NCBI GenBank assembly: GCA_018399255.1
Contig: JAGYPA010000001.1
Coordinates: forward strand, 1,019-65,018
Origin: Spirochaetales bacterium
GTDB taxonomy: Bacteria; Spirochaetota; Spirochaetia; JABMQR01
Reading direction: 5' to 3'
DNA: 64,000 bases
Shown: positions 47,494 to 57,555 of the stretch, one piece after another
How the letters are laid out: each line of letters starts with the position of its first letter
Numbering within the stretch: position 1 is the stretch's first letter
Position numbers and translations under genes: made by a program
The notes under the pieces: model-generated
Told to the model about the DNA's origin: nothing
Database searches by the model: none
The model's input: only the letters and a program-made list of their open reading frames with translations

Positions 47494-49038
47494 TCACACT
47501 TCTATCGGTTCAGGCACCCATTTCCCTTCTGCAAGTCGCATTCCATACGTATGCTCAAGTAAATTATGCAGCCCGCCCTGCATGGCTAAACTGAGATTGC
47601 AAAATTCTTTGTAGGAACTGTCGTGAGAAAGCAGCCGCGGTGCTATTTCATCAGCCCGCGATGTCAAAAGCATCTCTGAAAGCATTTTAGCCGCAAGAAA
47701 GCGTTTCGGCTTATCTACTGCCAGAATCAGCGGATGGGGTATCATTTCAAGAACTTCCCAGGTTATCTGTTCGGCTTGAGCATATTTGCCGGCATCCTTG
47801 TCCTGTTCACTTATACGTACGGGAAGTTTCTCTATTATTACATCCAGACTCTTTGAAAGATACCGTAAATCAAAAATGCCGGATGCGCAATTGAAAAGTA
47901 TTTCTTTACCTTGTTTTTCTGCCTCATTGACTGACGAGACCGGGATAGCGACTCCGATATCAGCACAAGCGAAACGACCTGATGCTGAATGCTCAACAAG
48001 AATACCCCCTTTAACATCGACCGGAGTTTTGCGGGAGAATTCAAATGAGGCCTGGGATCCATTGAGCACTGTCAGAGCAATATGAACCGGGTCCGGTACA
48101 TTGCCGAGATTGTCAATATTAACCAGGGTACTTAAATAATAACCGTCGGAAAACAGTTTTTCGTAGAGAGGCCGAAGCACTGAAAAATTCTGGCCGTGTC
48201 CCCCGGGCAGCGGCAGAAGGGTGTCTCGCTTTCCGTAGGCTTCGGTAAATACTTTACGAGGAAAACCGTCATCTTTATGGGTCAAGGCAGCAAGCAGCGG
48301 CTGGGTTTCACTTTGAACCTTTGTTATATCAAAATCAAGATGTGCAATGAGGTCGGTAAGCAGCGGAGAACTGCTGAAAGATGTATATGCAGATTCAAGG
48401 GAATATGCAGTAGATGGGTTTCTCATTTCAAAAATCGGGATTCTGATTTTTTTACCGGTATTTTTTTCTGCTTCAAGCATCAACAGCAGCAATGCCCGCA
48501 TTTTGAGTTCAATGAATGAAAATCCGGGAGAGCCGTCTGGATTGACATAGGCTGGCACCAGTGCTTTGGGCTTATCGATGCAGCACCCGGCATTATCCTG
48601 ATAAGATTTTCCAAGAATTGAAAAGAGCGGAGGGAGATAGGAGCTGTTACGCTTTTCATCTATATAGCTTGTTGCCGACCCGCCGTTAAGAATCCCGTAA
48701 GCTGTTACTCCAAGAAGGTTCAGTCCCAGTTTACGTAAATTCTTATATTCAAAAGTGACATCGTATTTACCATTTGGCCTGCAGTAGAGATCAATTGCAA
48801 GGTCGGGGAGCAGCGAAAGAACTCGTTCAACAGCATTCTTCCTGGGCAAAGTTAATGAGATGCTGTCAGAAGGGTATGCTATGGAAGGAGAACGGGTGTC
48901 AGGAATGAAAAACTGGTTATTCTTATCCTGTTCAGTCTGAGACTCAGCATTAGCTTTTCTCAGGATATCCAAGGTTGCTTGCTTATCTATATGATAATTG
49001 CTGTAGGGTAAGTCGGCGATCTCAATATGTTTTTGCAT
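47494..49038 (-). CDS. UDPGP-family nucleotidyltransferase (UTP--hexose-1-phosphate uridylyltransferase-like).
   Basis: LNGGSATSY and PGGHGQ blocks resemble the UDPGP (UGPase/UAP) family. Confidence 0.55.
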   Translation of the reverse strand: MQKHIEIADLPYSNYHIDKQATLDILRKANAESQTEQDKNNQFFIPDTRSPSIAYPSDSISLTLPRKNAVERVLSLLPDLAIDLYCRPNGKYDVTFEYKNLRKLGLNLLGVTAYGILNGGSATSYIDEKRNSSYLPPLFSILGKSYQDNAGCCIDKPKALVPAYVNPDGSPGFSFIELKMRALLLLMLEAEKNTGKKIRIPIFEMRNPSTAYSLESAYTSFSSSPLLTDLIAHLDFDITKVQSETQPLLAALTHKDDGFPRKVFTEAYGKRDTLLPLPGGHGQNFSVLRPLYEKLFSDGYYLSTLVNIDNLGNVPDPVHIALTVLNGSQASFEFSRKTPVDVKGGILVEHSASGRFACADIGVAIPVSSVNEAEKQGKEILFNCASGIFDLRYLSKSLDVIIEKLPVRISEQDKDAGKYAQAEQITWEVLEMIPHPLILAVDKPKRFLAAKMLSEMLLTSRADEIAPRLLSHDSSYKEFCNLSLAMQGGLHNLLEHTYGMRLAEGKWVPEPIEV

Positions 49039-49247
49039 ATGTAATAATACTCTGCAGAGAGACTAAAAATCAAGTTTTCTTTTCAGATAAAAAAAACGAA
49101 ATTGTCGTGCACCTTTTCAGATAACGAATAATGTTTAGTTACTGCAGAAGCAAAGCCGGGTTGTTGACAATTGCATAACTCTATGGTAGTTTGCTTTGAC
49201 CTCTTTATCCGCAGTCAGCGGATCATTATAGTCCACAAGGAGGGAAT

Positions 49248-49529
49248 ATGAGAACCTACGAATTTACTGTTATTCTTCGGGCAGAAGAAGATGCAGCCGC
49301 AAAAGGAAAAGAACTTGTCAAGAAGGAACTGGCCAATGCAAATGCAGCTATCCTTAAAGAAGAAGATCTTGGCATACGAGTTCTCGCATACCCAATCAAG
49401 AAAGAAGAAAAGGGACGCTATCTCTACATAGAAATTCAGGCTGATCCAGCTGTCATTTCAGTAATTGAGAAAAACTGTCTCTTAATGAATCCCGTGCTCA
49501 AATTCTTGTTTGTTAAAAAAGAATCATAA
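49248..49529 (+). CDS. rpsF: 30S ribosomal protein S6.
   Basis: MRTYEFTVILR N-terminus, 93 aa, heading the rpsF-ssb-rpsR cluster. Confidence 0.9.
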   Translation: MRTYEFTVILRAEEDAAAKGKELVKKELANANAAILKEEDLGIRVLAYPIKKEEKGRYLYIEIQADPAVISVIEKNCLLMNPVLKFLFVKKES

Positions 49530-49547
49530 ATATCGGAGAACAATTTT

Positions 49548-50027
49548 ATGGCAAACGATATTAACATGGTCGTTTTGGTTGGACGGCTTACGCGTGATGC
49601 TGAGCTCAGGTATACCAATTCGGGTACAGCTGTCTGCAAATTTTCTCTTGCCGTTAACCGAAAAAAGAGGTCGGGAGACACATGGGAAGATGAGGTAAGT
49701 TTTTTCGATATTGTTGTATGGGGAAAACAGGGAGAAGCAGTAAGCCGGTACCTGGAAAAGGGAAAACAAGTCTCCGTAGCAGGAGAGCTGCGCCAGAATC
49801 GATGGGAGCAGGACGGGCAGCCCCGCAGCAAAGTGGAAGTCGTTGTGACTAATCTGCAGCTGCTCGGCGGAGGAGGATCTGCAGGGACAGGGCAGGGCAT
49901 TCCGCAAGGAAGAGCTGCTGCAGCGGGAGTAAACACGCAAAAACCAGAACCTGCCAGATCATCAGGATCCGGAAATGATTATTCTTATTCAGGACCTGAG
50001 CAATTTGATGACGACATACCTTTTTAA
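49548..50027 (+). CDS. ssb: Single-stranded DNA-binding protein.
   Basis: OB-fold (VVLVGRLTRDAELRYT), Gly-rich linker, acidic tail DDDIPF. Confidence 0.9.
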   Translation: MANDINMVVLVGRLTRDAELRYTNSGTAVCKFSLAVNRKKRSGDTWEDEVSFFDIVVWGKQGEAVSRYLEKGKQVSVAGELRQNRWEQDGQPRSKVEVVVTNLQLLGGGGSAGTGQGIPQGRAAAAGVNTQKPEPARSSGSGNDYSYSGPEQFDDDIPF

Positions 50028-50051
50028 GAGGATTGAGGAGAAATTGTAACA

Positions 50052-50429
50052 ATGAGTGAAGAAGCAAAAGCACCTGCTGCAGCTAGTCCCAATACGAGAC
50101 CGGCTCCGCAGCGGCAGAATGATACCAGAAGCTATGGCGGCGGGGACAACCGTGATCGTGACGGACGGGATAGTCGTGACAGGAGAAGAGGTCCGGGTGG
50201 TCCCAGACGTCCGGGCGGCGGCATGTTCAGAAAGAAAGTATGCCGATTCTGCACACAGAATCTGAAGGCTGATTATAAGGATTTTGACGGCCTTCGAAGA
50301 TTTATAACTGAAAGAGGCAAGATATTGCCAAGAAGAATTACCGGGACTTGTGCAAAGCACCAGAGAACCCTCTCTACAGAAATCAAGAAAGCACGGGTAC
50401 TGGCATATTTACCGTTTGAAAAGAAATAG
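50052..50429 (+). CDS. rpsR: 30S ribosomal protein S18 with an N-terminal RG/RD-rich extension of about 57 aa. The canonical S18 start, [10 protein letters not shown], lies at about 50223.
   Basis: KVCRFCTQN...[22 protein letters not shown] core, preceded by low-complexity [21 protein letters not shown]. Confidence 0.85.
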   Translation: MSEEAKAPAAASPNTRPAPQRQNDTRSYGGGDNRDRDGRDSRDRRRGPGGPRRPGGGMFRKKVCRFCTQNLKADYKDFDGLRRFITERGKILPRRITGTCAKHQRTLSTEIKKARVLAYLPFEKK

Positions 50430-50447
50430 ATACAGATAGCTTATCTA

Positions 50448-51431
50448 ATGGACAATATACGTAGCCATACATATTATCAATTGGTTGTTTACAGCATTGC
50501 AGTAATAGTACTGTCAAGGTTTGGTCTTTTATTTTATTTTTGTATGGTTCCGTTGCATTTACTGTACAGGTCTTACCCTGCATCTGTTTTTTTCAAGACC
50601 GCAGGGGTATTGACAGCAGGAATTGTTCTTTGGGATTTACTGAAGTATGCCAGCCTTGGTCTATCAGGATCTGCCTATTTACTTGCTGCCATCGGTATGT
50701 TTTATCCTGCAGTGCTGCTGATGAGCACCATGGTTTATTATCTTCCGGCAGTCAGCAGCCGGCAGATCAGGATGGGAATTGCTTCTTTACTGCCGGCTGC
50801 CGCTGGAACGATTATTATTGTCCTGCTTAACGGGGACAGTCCGGCAGCCGGAGATGTTCTTGATTTTTATTCCCGGATTTTCTCGGAAATCCTAACATCA
50901 GCAATGCCGGGAGCACAGGAACTTGGATCAGCAGACTTTCTTTTCCTGCTGGCATTGGAAATAATGAAGGCAACATTTCTGCCTTTCTGGTTTATTGTTT
51001 TCGGGGCAGGAGTTTTACTGAGTGAGATAGCTGTTCAGAAGAAATTAAATACAGTAGGACCTGTAAAAACCTTTCTTGATAATTTTTCAGTTTCCGATCA
51101 GCTGCTTTGGCCGTTTATTGCAAGCTGGATGTTTGTTTTGCTGGATATAGTATTCGGATTAGGAGCTTTTGGCGACTTGATCTGGAATGTCGCTCTTGTT
51201 TTCCTTCTTTTTTACGGTACGGCAGGAATCTCAATCTTGTCATACTGGAGCAGGAAAAAACATTTAAGAATGCACCCGCTTTCGTGGGTTGTACTGGCAA
51301 TTTTTTTGCTGTTTATACCGGGTATAAATGTTATTTTGATTATAGCGGTTCCTGTACTGGGATTATCCGAACATTGGATCCACTACAGGTTAGCGTCGAA
51401 GGAGAAGATAGATGAAAATAATACTGAATGA
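50448..51431 (+). CDS. DUF2232/YybS-like polytopic membrane protein.
   Basis: 327 aa with about 8 TM segments, positioned between rpsR and rplI exactly as yybS is in the Firmicutes rpsF operon. Confidence 0.6.
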   Translation: MDNIRSHTYYQLVVYSIAVIVLSRFGLLFYFCMVPLHLLYRSYPASVFFKTAGVLTAGIVLWDLLKYASLGLSGSAYLLAAIGMFYPAVLLMSTMVYYLPAVSSRQIRMGIASLLPAAAGTIIIVLLNGDSPAAGDVLDFYSRIFSEILTSAMPGAQELGSADFLFLLALEIMKATFLPFWFIVFGAGVLLSEIAVQKKLNTVGPVKTFLDNFSVSDQLLWPFIASWMFVLLDIVFGLGAFGDLIWNVALVFLLFYGTAGISILSYWSRKKHLRMHPLSWVVLAIFLLFIPGINVILIIAVPVLGLSEHWIHYRLASKEKIDENNTE

Positions 51432-52041
51432 AGATGTGTACAATCTGGGAGAAGAAGGCGACGTCTGTACTGTAGCCGACGGTTATGCGAGAAATTTTCT
51501 GCTTCCAAAAAAGTTAGCTGTTCTTTTCAACAATACTAATGTTGCTTATTTCAAGAGCCGTGAAGCTTCAATAAAAAAGAAAAAAGAAGAAAAGCGAAAA
51601 AGCGCGCTCTCCTTTAAAGAGTCTATTGAGGAAATGTCTTTGGAACTACGCGTTTCAGCCGGGGAATCAGGCAAGCTTTTTGGAGCCGTTACGGCTGCAA
51701 CCATAACTGAAGCCCTGGCAAAAAAAGGGGTGCATATTGAAAAGAAAAAAATTGATGTACCCTCTCATTCCATAAAAATGGTTGGAACTTACTCCATTAA
51801 AGTAAGACTCTACGAGAGTGAAACAGCTGATTTGAAAATCGAGATCGTTAACGAAAGAGCAGCCGAATTACGGGATAAGGAAGCTGCTGCAGCTGCAAAG
51901 GCTGCTTCCAAAGCAGCTGCAAAATCTTCTCCTGAATCTGCAAAGGAAGAAGTAGTTCAAAAAGAACCAGTCGATGAGATTATCGGTTATGGTGATACGG
52001 AATTTGCTGATGAGGAAGAAGACGAAGACGAGGATCTGTAA
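51412..52041 (+). CDS. rplI: 50S ribosomal protein L9 with an acidic C-terminal extension of about 60 aa.
   Basis: MKIILNEDVYNLGEEGDVCTVADGYARNFLLPKKLA is canonical L9. It ends ...ADEEEDEDEDL. Confidence 0.9.
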   Translation: MKIILNEDVYNLGEEGDVCTVADGYARNFLLPKKLAVLFNNTNVAYFKSREASIKKKKEEKRKSALSFKESIEEMSLELRVSAGESGKLFGAVTAATITEALAKKGVHIEKKKIDVPSHSIKMVGTYSIKVRLYESETADLKIEIVNERAAELRDKEAAAAAKAASKAAAKSSPESAKEEVVQKEPVDEIIGYGDTEFADEEEDEDEDL

Positions 52042-52046
52042 AGAAT

Positions 52047-53408
52047 ATGATGCCGGCCGGAAATTTCGGAAATTTCGGTAGAGTTCCTCCACATAGTGAA
52101 GATGTTGAAAAAGCTGTTCTCGGGGCTATACTTCTTTCAAGTGAAGCCCTTGAGAAGGCTTTGGAAATACTACGGCCGGAAGATTTTTATAAAACATCCC
52201 ACAAACTGATTTTTGAGTCTATTCAGCATCTATCGAACAGCCAGAATACGGCAGACTTGATAAGTCTCACTGATATGCTGCGACAGCGAGATCATCTGGA
52301 TAAATCCGGCGGCCCTTCGTATATTGCCGCTCTTACCTCTGATGTTCCAACAACCGCTAATGTCGATTACTATGCAAAAATAATCCGCAATAACAGTTTC
52401 CGTCGTAAACTGATAGCTATCTCAAGTGAACTTACCTCAAGGGCATATGATGAATCAGAAGATACCCAGGAACTGATAGCAGAAGCTGAAAAGAAAATAT
52501 TTGAGATTCTGGACAATTCCAGCATGTCAAATCAATATCAGGATGCAGGAACAATCGTAACCGAAACGGTTAATGTAATCGAGAAGCTGTACCACGCCGG
52601 TGGAGACTATACTGGGGTGCCTTCAGGATTTCCTGAGCTTGATCAGTTTACCAGCGGCTTCCAGAATTCGGAATATATTGTAATTGGAGCCCGCCCATCA
52701 GTTGGTAAAACAGCATTAGCACTTACCATGGCCTCCTATATGGCAGTTCAGAAGAAAATTCCTATTGGTTTTTTTACCCTTGAGATGTCAGGCAAGTCAT
52801 TAATGCAGCGATTGCTTTCAGCTGAGGCTAAAATCGATTCAAGCAGAATTCGAAACGGCATGCTTAAGCATTCTGATTTCAGCAAGCTGACTGAAGCTGC
52901 CGGCAGACTGTACGAATCGCCTCTCTACATAGAAGATACCCCGAACATAAAGCTGCTGGAACTAAGAGCCCAGGCCCGGAGAATGAAAAAGAATGAAAAA
53001 ATCCGCGCATTGTTTATTGATTATATTGGTTTAATAGAAGCAGAAAGCAAAAATAACATTCCACGCCATGAGCAGGTTGCAGAAATTTCACGCTCGCTTA
53101 AATCTCTGGCAAGAGAACTTGATATTCCTGTCATCGCACTATCACAGGTCGGAAGACAGTCGGAAGGTAAAGAGCCAACCCTCGCAGATCTCCGTGAATC
53201 AGGGTCTATCGAACAGGATGCTGATGTCGTCATGTTCATTCATAAACAGCGGGAAACCGACAAAGAGCTTGATCATAATGCAAAAACAACGATTGAAACT
53301 GATTTAATTCTTGCAAAACAGAGAAATGGACCTGTCGGTACGTGTAAACTGGTTTTCATACCCCGATTTACCAGATTTGAGTCTCTTGCCAAAGGCGGCA
53401 AACCCTGA
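52047..53408 (+). CDS. dnaB: Replicative DNA helicase.
   Basis: DnaB N-domain, Walker A GARPSVGKTA, and RecA-like core. Confidence 0.9.
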   Translation: MMPAGNFGNFGRVPPHSEDVEKAVLGAILLSSEALEKALEILRPEDFYKTSHKLIFESIQHLSNSQNTADLISLTDMLRQRDHLDKSGGPSYIAALTSDVPTTANVDYYAKIIRNNSFRRKLIAISSELTSRAYDESEDTQELIAEAEKKIFEILDNSSMSNQYQDAGTIVTETVNVIEKLYHAGGDYTGVPSGFPELDQFTSGFQNSEYIVIGARPSVGKTALALTMASYMAVQKKIPIGFFTLEMSGKSLMQRLLSAEAKIDSSRIRNGMLKHSDFSKLTEAAGRLYESPLYIEDTPNIKLLELRAQARRMKKNEKIRALFIDYIGLIEAESKNNIPRHEQVAEISRSLKSLARELDIPVIALSQVGRQSEGKEPTLADLRESGSIEQDADVVMFIHKQRETDKELDHNAKTTIETDLILAKQRNGPVGTCKLVFIPRFTRFESLAKGGKP

Positions 53409-53426
53409 TTCTGACAACGTGATTCG

Positions 53427-54803
53427 CTATCCCAGAAAGTATCTTATGTCATTAAATACGGTAAAGAAAAGCAGAGTAAAAAGAATTCCAAACCCCACAA
53501 TCTGTATAATATAGTATTTTCGCGGAGAAATTTGCCTTCTGGTGAGTCCCTCAGCTGCTGCAAGAACCATCTGACCTCCATCCAATGCAGGTATAGGCAG
53601 TAAATTTGCGAAACCTAAAGCGACACTCACAAATCCCAGCAGCTGCAGTAACGTACGAATTCCCGTGACAAAACTTTCTCTGAATCCTGCAGCAGCAGCC
53701 TCACCTACCAGGTAGGTAATTTTTATTGGTCCCGCCATTGCCTCTTCCAGATCCAAACCTTTAAAAAGCATTCCGATACTTTTAAAGGTGAGAGAAAAGG
53801 TAGAGGCCGTTTCCGTAATTCCCTTGCCAAAGGCATCTATGAGTGATTCAGCTTTATGAGTTATCGTCAGCGATGGAAACCCTATTTGAATCGAAACTGT
53901 ACCGTCGTCAGCCTTCTCCGGGATGTAGGTAAGAACAGTTTGCTGATTGTCTCTTGCCACAGTAACTTCGAATTTGTTACTGATACTCTGGGAAATGCTG
54001 TTGTAAAAACCCAGGGCATGGGTAACCGGCTCTTTCCCGACGCTCTTTATCAGGTCGCCAGTTTGAAAACCTGCAGCTTCTTCCGGAGATCCGGGAGGAA
54101 AGGATGTAATGATTGGCTCTATCCAGGCATAAATCCCGATTATTCCGGAACCCGTTTTTCGATCTATTTCCGGTGTAATTATAGTTGTATATTCAGTTCC
54201 GTCACGCTTATAGACAAGGGGGAGTTCTTTATCGGCATTCGTCATAAGGGCATCCTGAATATCAGAAAAATTAGAGATAAGATAATCACCAATTCTGATA
54301 ATATAATCTCCGGACTGCAGACCTGCGCTGGCAGCTGGACTCTCCTGTGATTCATCTAAGCCGTACAGTACCGGGAATTCAGAAACTAGAATTATCCGAT
54401 TAGAATAGGTTGGATATTCATAGCCAATTGCCCAGACGCAGGAAAAAAGGATTACAGCAAATATCAAGTTAAAAACAGGACCAGCAGCATACGTAAGAAA
54501 ACGTCTTAGGGGTGTAACAGAAAACAGTGATCCAGGCTCCTTGGGAAAAGTTGAAGATTTAGTATCAAGAGCTTTACGAAAAGCCTCTTCACCCTTAAGC
54601 TTGCAATAACCTCCGACAGGAAACAAATTAAGCTTGTATTGAGTGTTTTTATGGGTGAATTGCTTCAGGGTTTTTCCCCAACCTACAGCGAAGGCCTCAA
54701 CCTCAATCCCTGATAATCTGGCAGCCAGCAAGTGGCCGTATTCATGGACAATAATCACAATGCCCAACCCGAACAAACCCAAAAGGATTGTAATTATAAT
54801 CAT
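53427..54803 (-). CDS. rseP: RIP site-2 metalloprotease RseP (M50) with a PDZ domain.
   Basis: HEYGH motif in TM1, PDZ region, and a C-terminal LDGG motif. Confidence 0.85.
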   Translation of the reverse strand: MIIITILLGLFGLGIVIIVHEYGHLLAARLSGIEVEAFAVGWGKTLKQFTHKNTQYKLNLFPVGGYCKLKGEEAFRKALDTKSSTFPKEPGSLFSVTPLRRFLTYAAGPVFNLIFAVILFSCVWAIGYEYPTYSNRIILVSEFPVLYGLDESQESPAASAGLQSGDYIIRIGDYLISNFSDIQDALMTNADKELPLVYKRDGTEYTTIITPEIDRKTGSGIIGIYAWIEPIITSFPPGSPEEAAGFQTGDLIKSVGKEPVTHALGFYNSISQSISNKFEVTVARDNQQTVLTYIPEKADDGTVSIQIGFPSLTITHKAESLIDAFGKGITETASTFSLTFKSIGMLFKGLDLEEAMAGPIKITYLVGEAAAAGFRESFVTGIRTLLQLLGFVSVALGFANLLPIPALDGGQMVLAAAEGLTRRQISPRKYYIIQIVGFGILFTLLFFTVFNDIRYFLG

Positions 54804-55960
54804 AATAATTTAATCAGCTCCCTGCTTTTTCGACGAATAGCTTCATCTATGGCGAAAACATCATCAAAGTCTGCAGGGTTTTGTGACCAGTCAAGCTGCA
54901 GAACTCTGTCAGTCAGTTCAGCAATCTGCAGAAAGGAGATGGTGCCTTTAGAAAATTCCTCAACAGCTATCTCATTAGCAGCATTATACGCAATTGTATA
55001 TGAACCTTTTGCGGTCAATGCCTGATAGGCAAATTTCAGCATTGGAAATTTCTGAGTATCCGGATTCTCAAAGGTAAGCGTGTGACCTACAATATCAAAG
55101 GGAACTACAGTTCTTTCAGAAATATCAGGATAGCATAAGGCATTTATTATTGGGATTTTCATGTCAGTAGTGCTTAATTGGGCATACAGGCATCCGTCAG
55201 TTGTAGCAATCATCGAATGAACGATACTTTGCGGATGCACAACAACTTGTATTTTATCAGCAGGGGTACCAAAAAACATCTGAGTCTCTATTACCTCGAG
55301 CCCTTTGTTTGCGAGAGTTGCCGAATCAATAGATATTTTGCTTCCCATGTTCCAAGTAGGATGCTTAAGGGCATCCTGCAGCGTTATCGAAGAAAACGTC
55401 TCATAAGGTCTGGTACGAAAAGGACCGCCTGATGCAGTGAGAATAATTGAATCTATGAATTTTTTTGGTCTGAATCGGGTAAGCTGGAGAATAGCCGAAT
55501 GTTCTGAATCAACAGGAATTATTTGGCAGTTATGCTTTTCAGCAAGAGGAAAGATCAGATGGCCAGCCATTACAACCGTTTCTTTATTGGCTAGAACCAG
55601 ATCTTTCCCGGATTCCAAAGCTGCTATGGAAGGACCCAGGCCGGCTGCTCCTGCAATGGCATTAACCACAATATCAGCATCTGATACGCTGATCATTTCC
55701 AGAAGACCATCTCTTCCATAATAGGTAAACTGTCTGGAATCAGCAGCTGAAGATTCAGAAATGCTTGTATCTGCAGAATTTCCTGAAAAAGCAGTCACTA
55801 CTGAATTTCCGAACTGTTTCTGCAGTTCCAGCAGCTTTTCTCCGTTAGTATGAGTCGATAATCCTGCAATTTCAAATCTGTCAGCAAAAGCAGCAGCAAT
55901 ATCCAGAGTGCTGCCGCCAATTGAACCAGTGCTTCCGAGTAGTAATATTTTTTTCTTCAT
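54800..55960 (-). CDS. dxr: 1-deoxy-D-xylulose 5-phosphate reductoisomerase.
   Basis: LGSTGSIG N-terminus and the conserved NKE, PVDSEH, and HPQS blocks. Confidence 0.9.
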   Translation of the reverse strand: MKKKILLLGSTGSIGGSTLDIAAAFADRFEIAGLSTHTNGEKLLELQKQFGNSVVTAFSGNSADTSISESSAADSRQFTYYGRDGLLEMISVSDADIVVNAIAGAAGLGPSIAALESGKDLVLANKETVVMAGHLIFPLAEKHNCQIIPVDSEHSAILQLTRFRPKKFIDSIILTASGGPFRTRPYETFSSITLQDALKHPTWNMGSKISIDSATLANKGLEVIETQMFFGTPADKIQVVVHPQSIVHSMIATTDGCLYAQLSTTDMKIPIINALCYPDISERTVVPFDIVGHTLTFENPDTQKFPMLKFAYQALTAKGSYTIAYNAANEIAVEEFSKGTISFLQIAELTDRVLQLDWSQNPADFDDVFAIDEAIRRKSRELIKLL

Positions 55961-55963
55961 GGA

Positions 55964-56815
55964 TTACCCCGTTTGCATTACTGTAACAAAAATATAGAAA
56001 AATGGGGCGGAAAAGACAATGGAATCGATTGAGTCAAGAATTCCACCACGACCAGGCATAAGCACTCCTGAATCTTTTGATTTTGCGGAACGTTTTAAAA
56101 CAGACTCAAAAAGATCTCCGATATTTGAGGTTACTGAAACCAGGAGAAAAAGAAGTGCCTCAAGCCACCATGTTCGTGTCGGGAAAATTGAAGGGATGAA
56201 GGCCAGGTATATAAACCCTATAACGACAGTCATGACAGTACCGCCGATGAATCCAGCGGTGCTTTTTCCCGGACTGACTTTGAATATATTTCGAGATGTT
56301 TTTCCAAAACTCATACCGAAAAGATAGGCAAATACATCATTTGAGAAAATCAGTAGAAACAGCATCACAAGAAGCCAGCCCGCATATTCCAGACTGGTCA
56401 GTTTAATGAGAAAGATAACAAAAAGGGCAGGGTAAAAAGCGACGATGAGATTGGAGCCTACTCTTGCCGCAGACCCTGAAAAATTATCAATATGGCCAGT
56501 AAGAATTTCATCTCCGCAAATCATAAGAACAATTACCAGAAAAACCAATTCGAGAATCGGAAATTCTGGAAAATAAAAAATACCTGAATGGGATGCAATG
56601 GGTATGAGGATGGTAATCCATGGAGGAAAACGAAGCGTAAGTCCGGTATTTGCATGCACCATCAATGAATGAGTCTCTTTGGATCCCAGAAGGGTGAAGG
56701 CAATAATAACAATCATGAAAGCAGCGTAGTTGAAATGATGAAGAAAGAAGATAACACTTAAAATCAGGGGAATTCCAATAACAGTAATAAGAATCCTCTT
56801 AAGAACCGTTTTCAA
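55964..56815 (-). CDS. cdsA: Phosphatidate cytidylyltransferase.
   Basis: Membrane protein with the C-terminal CDS signature (PGRGGILDSIDS). Confidence 0.85.
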   Translation of the reverse strand: MKTVLKRILITVIGIPLILSVIFFLHHFNYAAFMIVIIAFTLLGSKETHSLMVHANTGLTLRFPPWITILIPIASHSGIFYFPEFPILELVFLVIVLMICGDEILTGHIDNFSGSAARVGSNLIVAFYPALFVIFLIKLTSLEYAGWLLVMLFLLIFSNDVFAYLFGMSFGKTSRNIFKVSPGKSTAGFIGGTVMTVVIGFIYLAFIPSIFPTRTWWLEALLFLLVSVTSNIGDLFESVLKRSAKSKDSGVLMPGRGGILDSIDSIVFSAPFFYIFVTVMQTG

Positions 56816-57555
56816 TTATCAATTCCCCCGTAATTACGTTTTCTGTTTCGGAAGTCGACTAAAGCATTGTCCAGATCACCGGCTTTCCAATCCGGCCAAA
56901 GTTTATCACTAAAAAAAAGTTCTGAATAGGCACTCTGCCAAAGGAGAAAGTTACTTAACCGTTTCTCTCCAGCTGTGCGGATGATTAGATCCGGATCAGG
57001 TATATCAGGATTATCTAAAAAGTTACGAAAAGAATTTTCAAGAGCATGTCGGTCAGAACCAGCTGCAGAATCAGCAATAGCGTGCAGTTTGAATGCCTTT
57101 TCCATGCCCCTGACTATTTCATTCCTTCCACCGTAATTAATGGCAAGACATACTGTCAGTCCGGTATGTGAGGCCGTGTATGCAGCTGCTTCGTCAATAA
57201 CATTTGTAACCTTTTCAGGAAGACCACTGCGGTCACCAGTATGCAGGATTCTGATATTTTGTTCTCTATAAAAGGGATACTCTTTCTTTATGTAGGTTGA
57301 TATGAGGCCCATAAGAAATGAAACCTCCTGCTCTGATCGTTTCCAGTTTTCCGTAGAAAAGGCATAGAGCGTTAAAAAAGAAATATTTCTTACAACAGCA
57401 GCCCGTATGATTCTTTTTGCCGCTTTAAGTCCTTCAAGGTGCCCTGAAGTCCTGGGCATCTTACGGAAATTTGCCCAGCGCCCATTACCATCCATAATGA
57501 TGCCAACATGCTGCGGTATGGAAGGATTTGGGAATTGTTTTTTCCGGGCTTCCAT
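56812..57555 (-). CDS. uppS: Isoprenyl transferase (undecaprenyl diphosphate synthase).
   Basis: HVGIIMDGNGRWA and the FSTENW motifs. Confidence 0.9.
   Translation of the reverse strand: MEARKKQFPNPSIPQHVGIIMDGNGRWANFRKMPRTSGHLEGLKAAKRIIRAAVVRNISFLTLYAFSTENWKRSEQEVSFLMGLISTYIKKEYPFYREQNIRILHTGDRSGLPEKVTNVIDEAAAYTASHTGLTVCLAINYGGRNEIVRGMEKAFKLHAIADSAAGSDRHALENSFRNFLDNPDIPDPDLIIRTAGEKRLSNFLLWQSAYSELFFSDKLWPDWKAGDLDNALVDFRNRKRNYGGIDN

Noticed and set aside
49436-50360. ORFs antisense to or overlapping ssb and rpsR (49436-49936, 49524-49940, 49849-50073, 49989-50360, 50056-50265).
   Set aside because: These are low-complexity frames produced by the GC- and Gly-rich ssb linker. The sense-strand genes are unambiguous.
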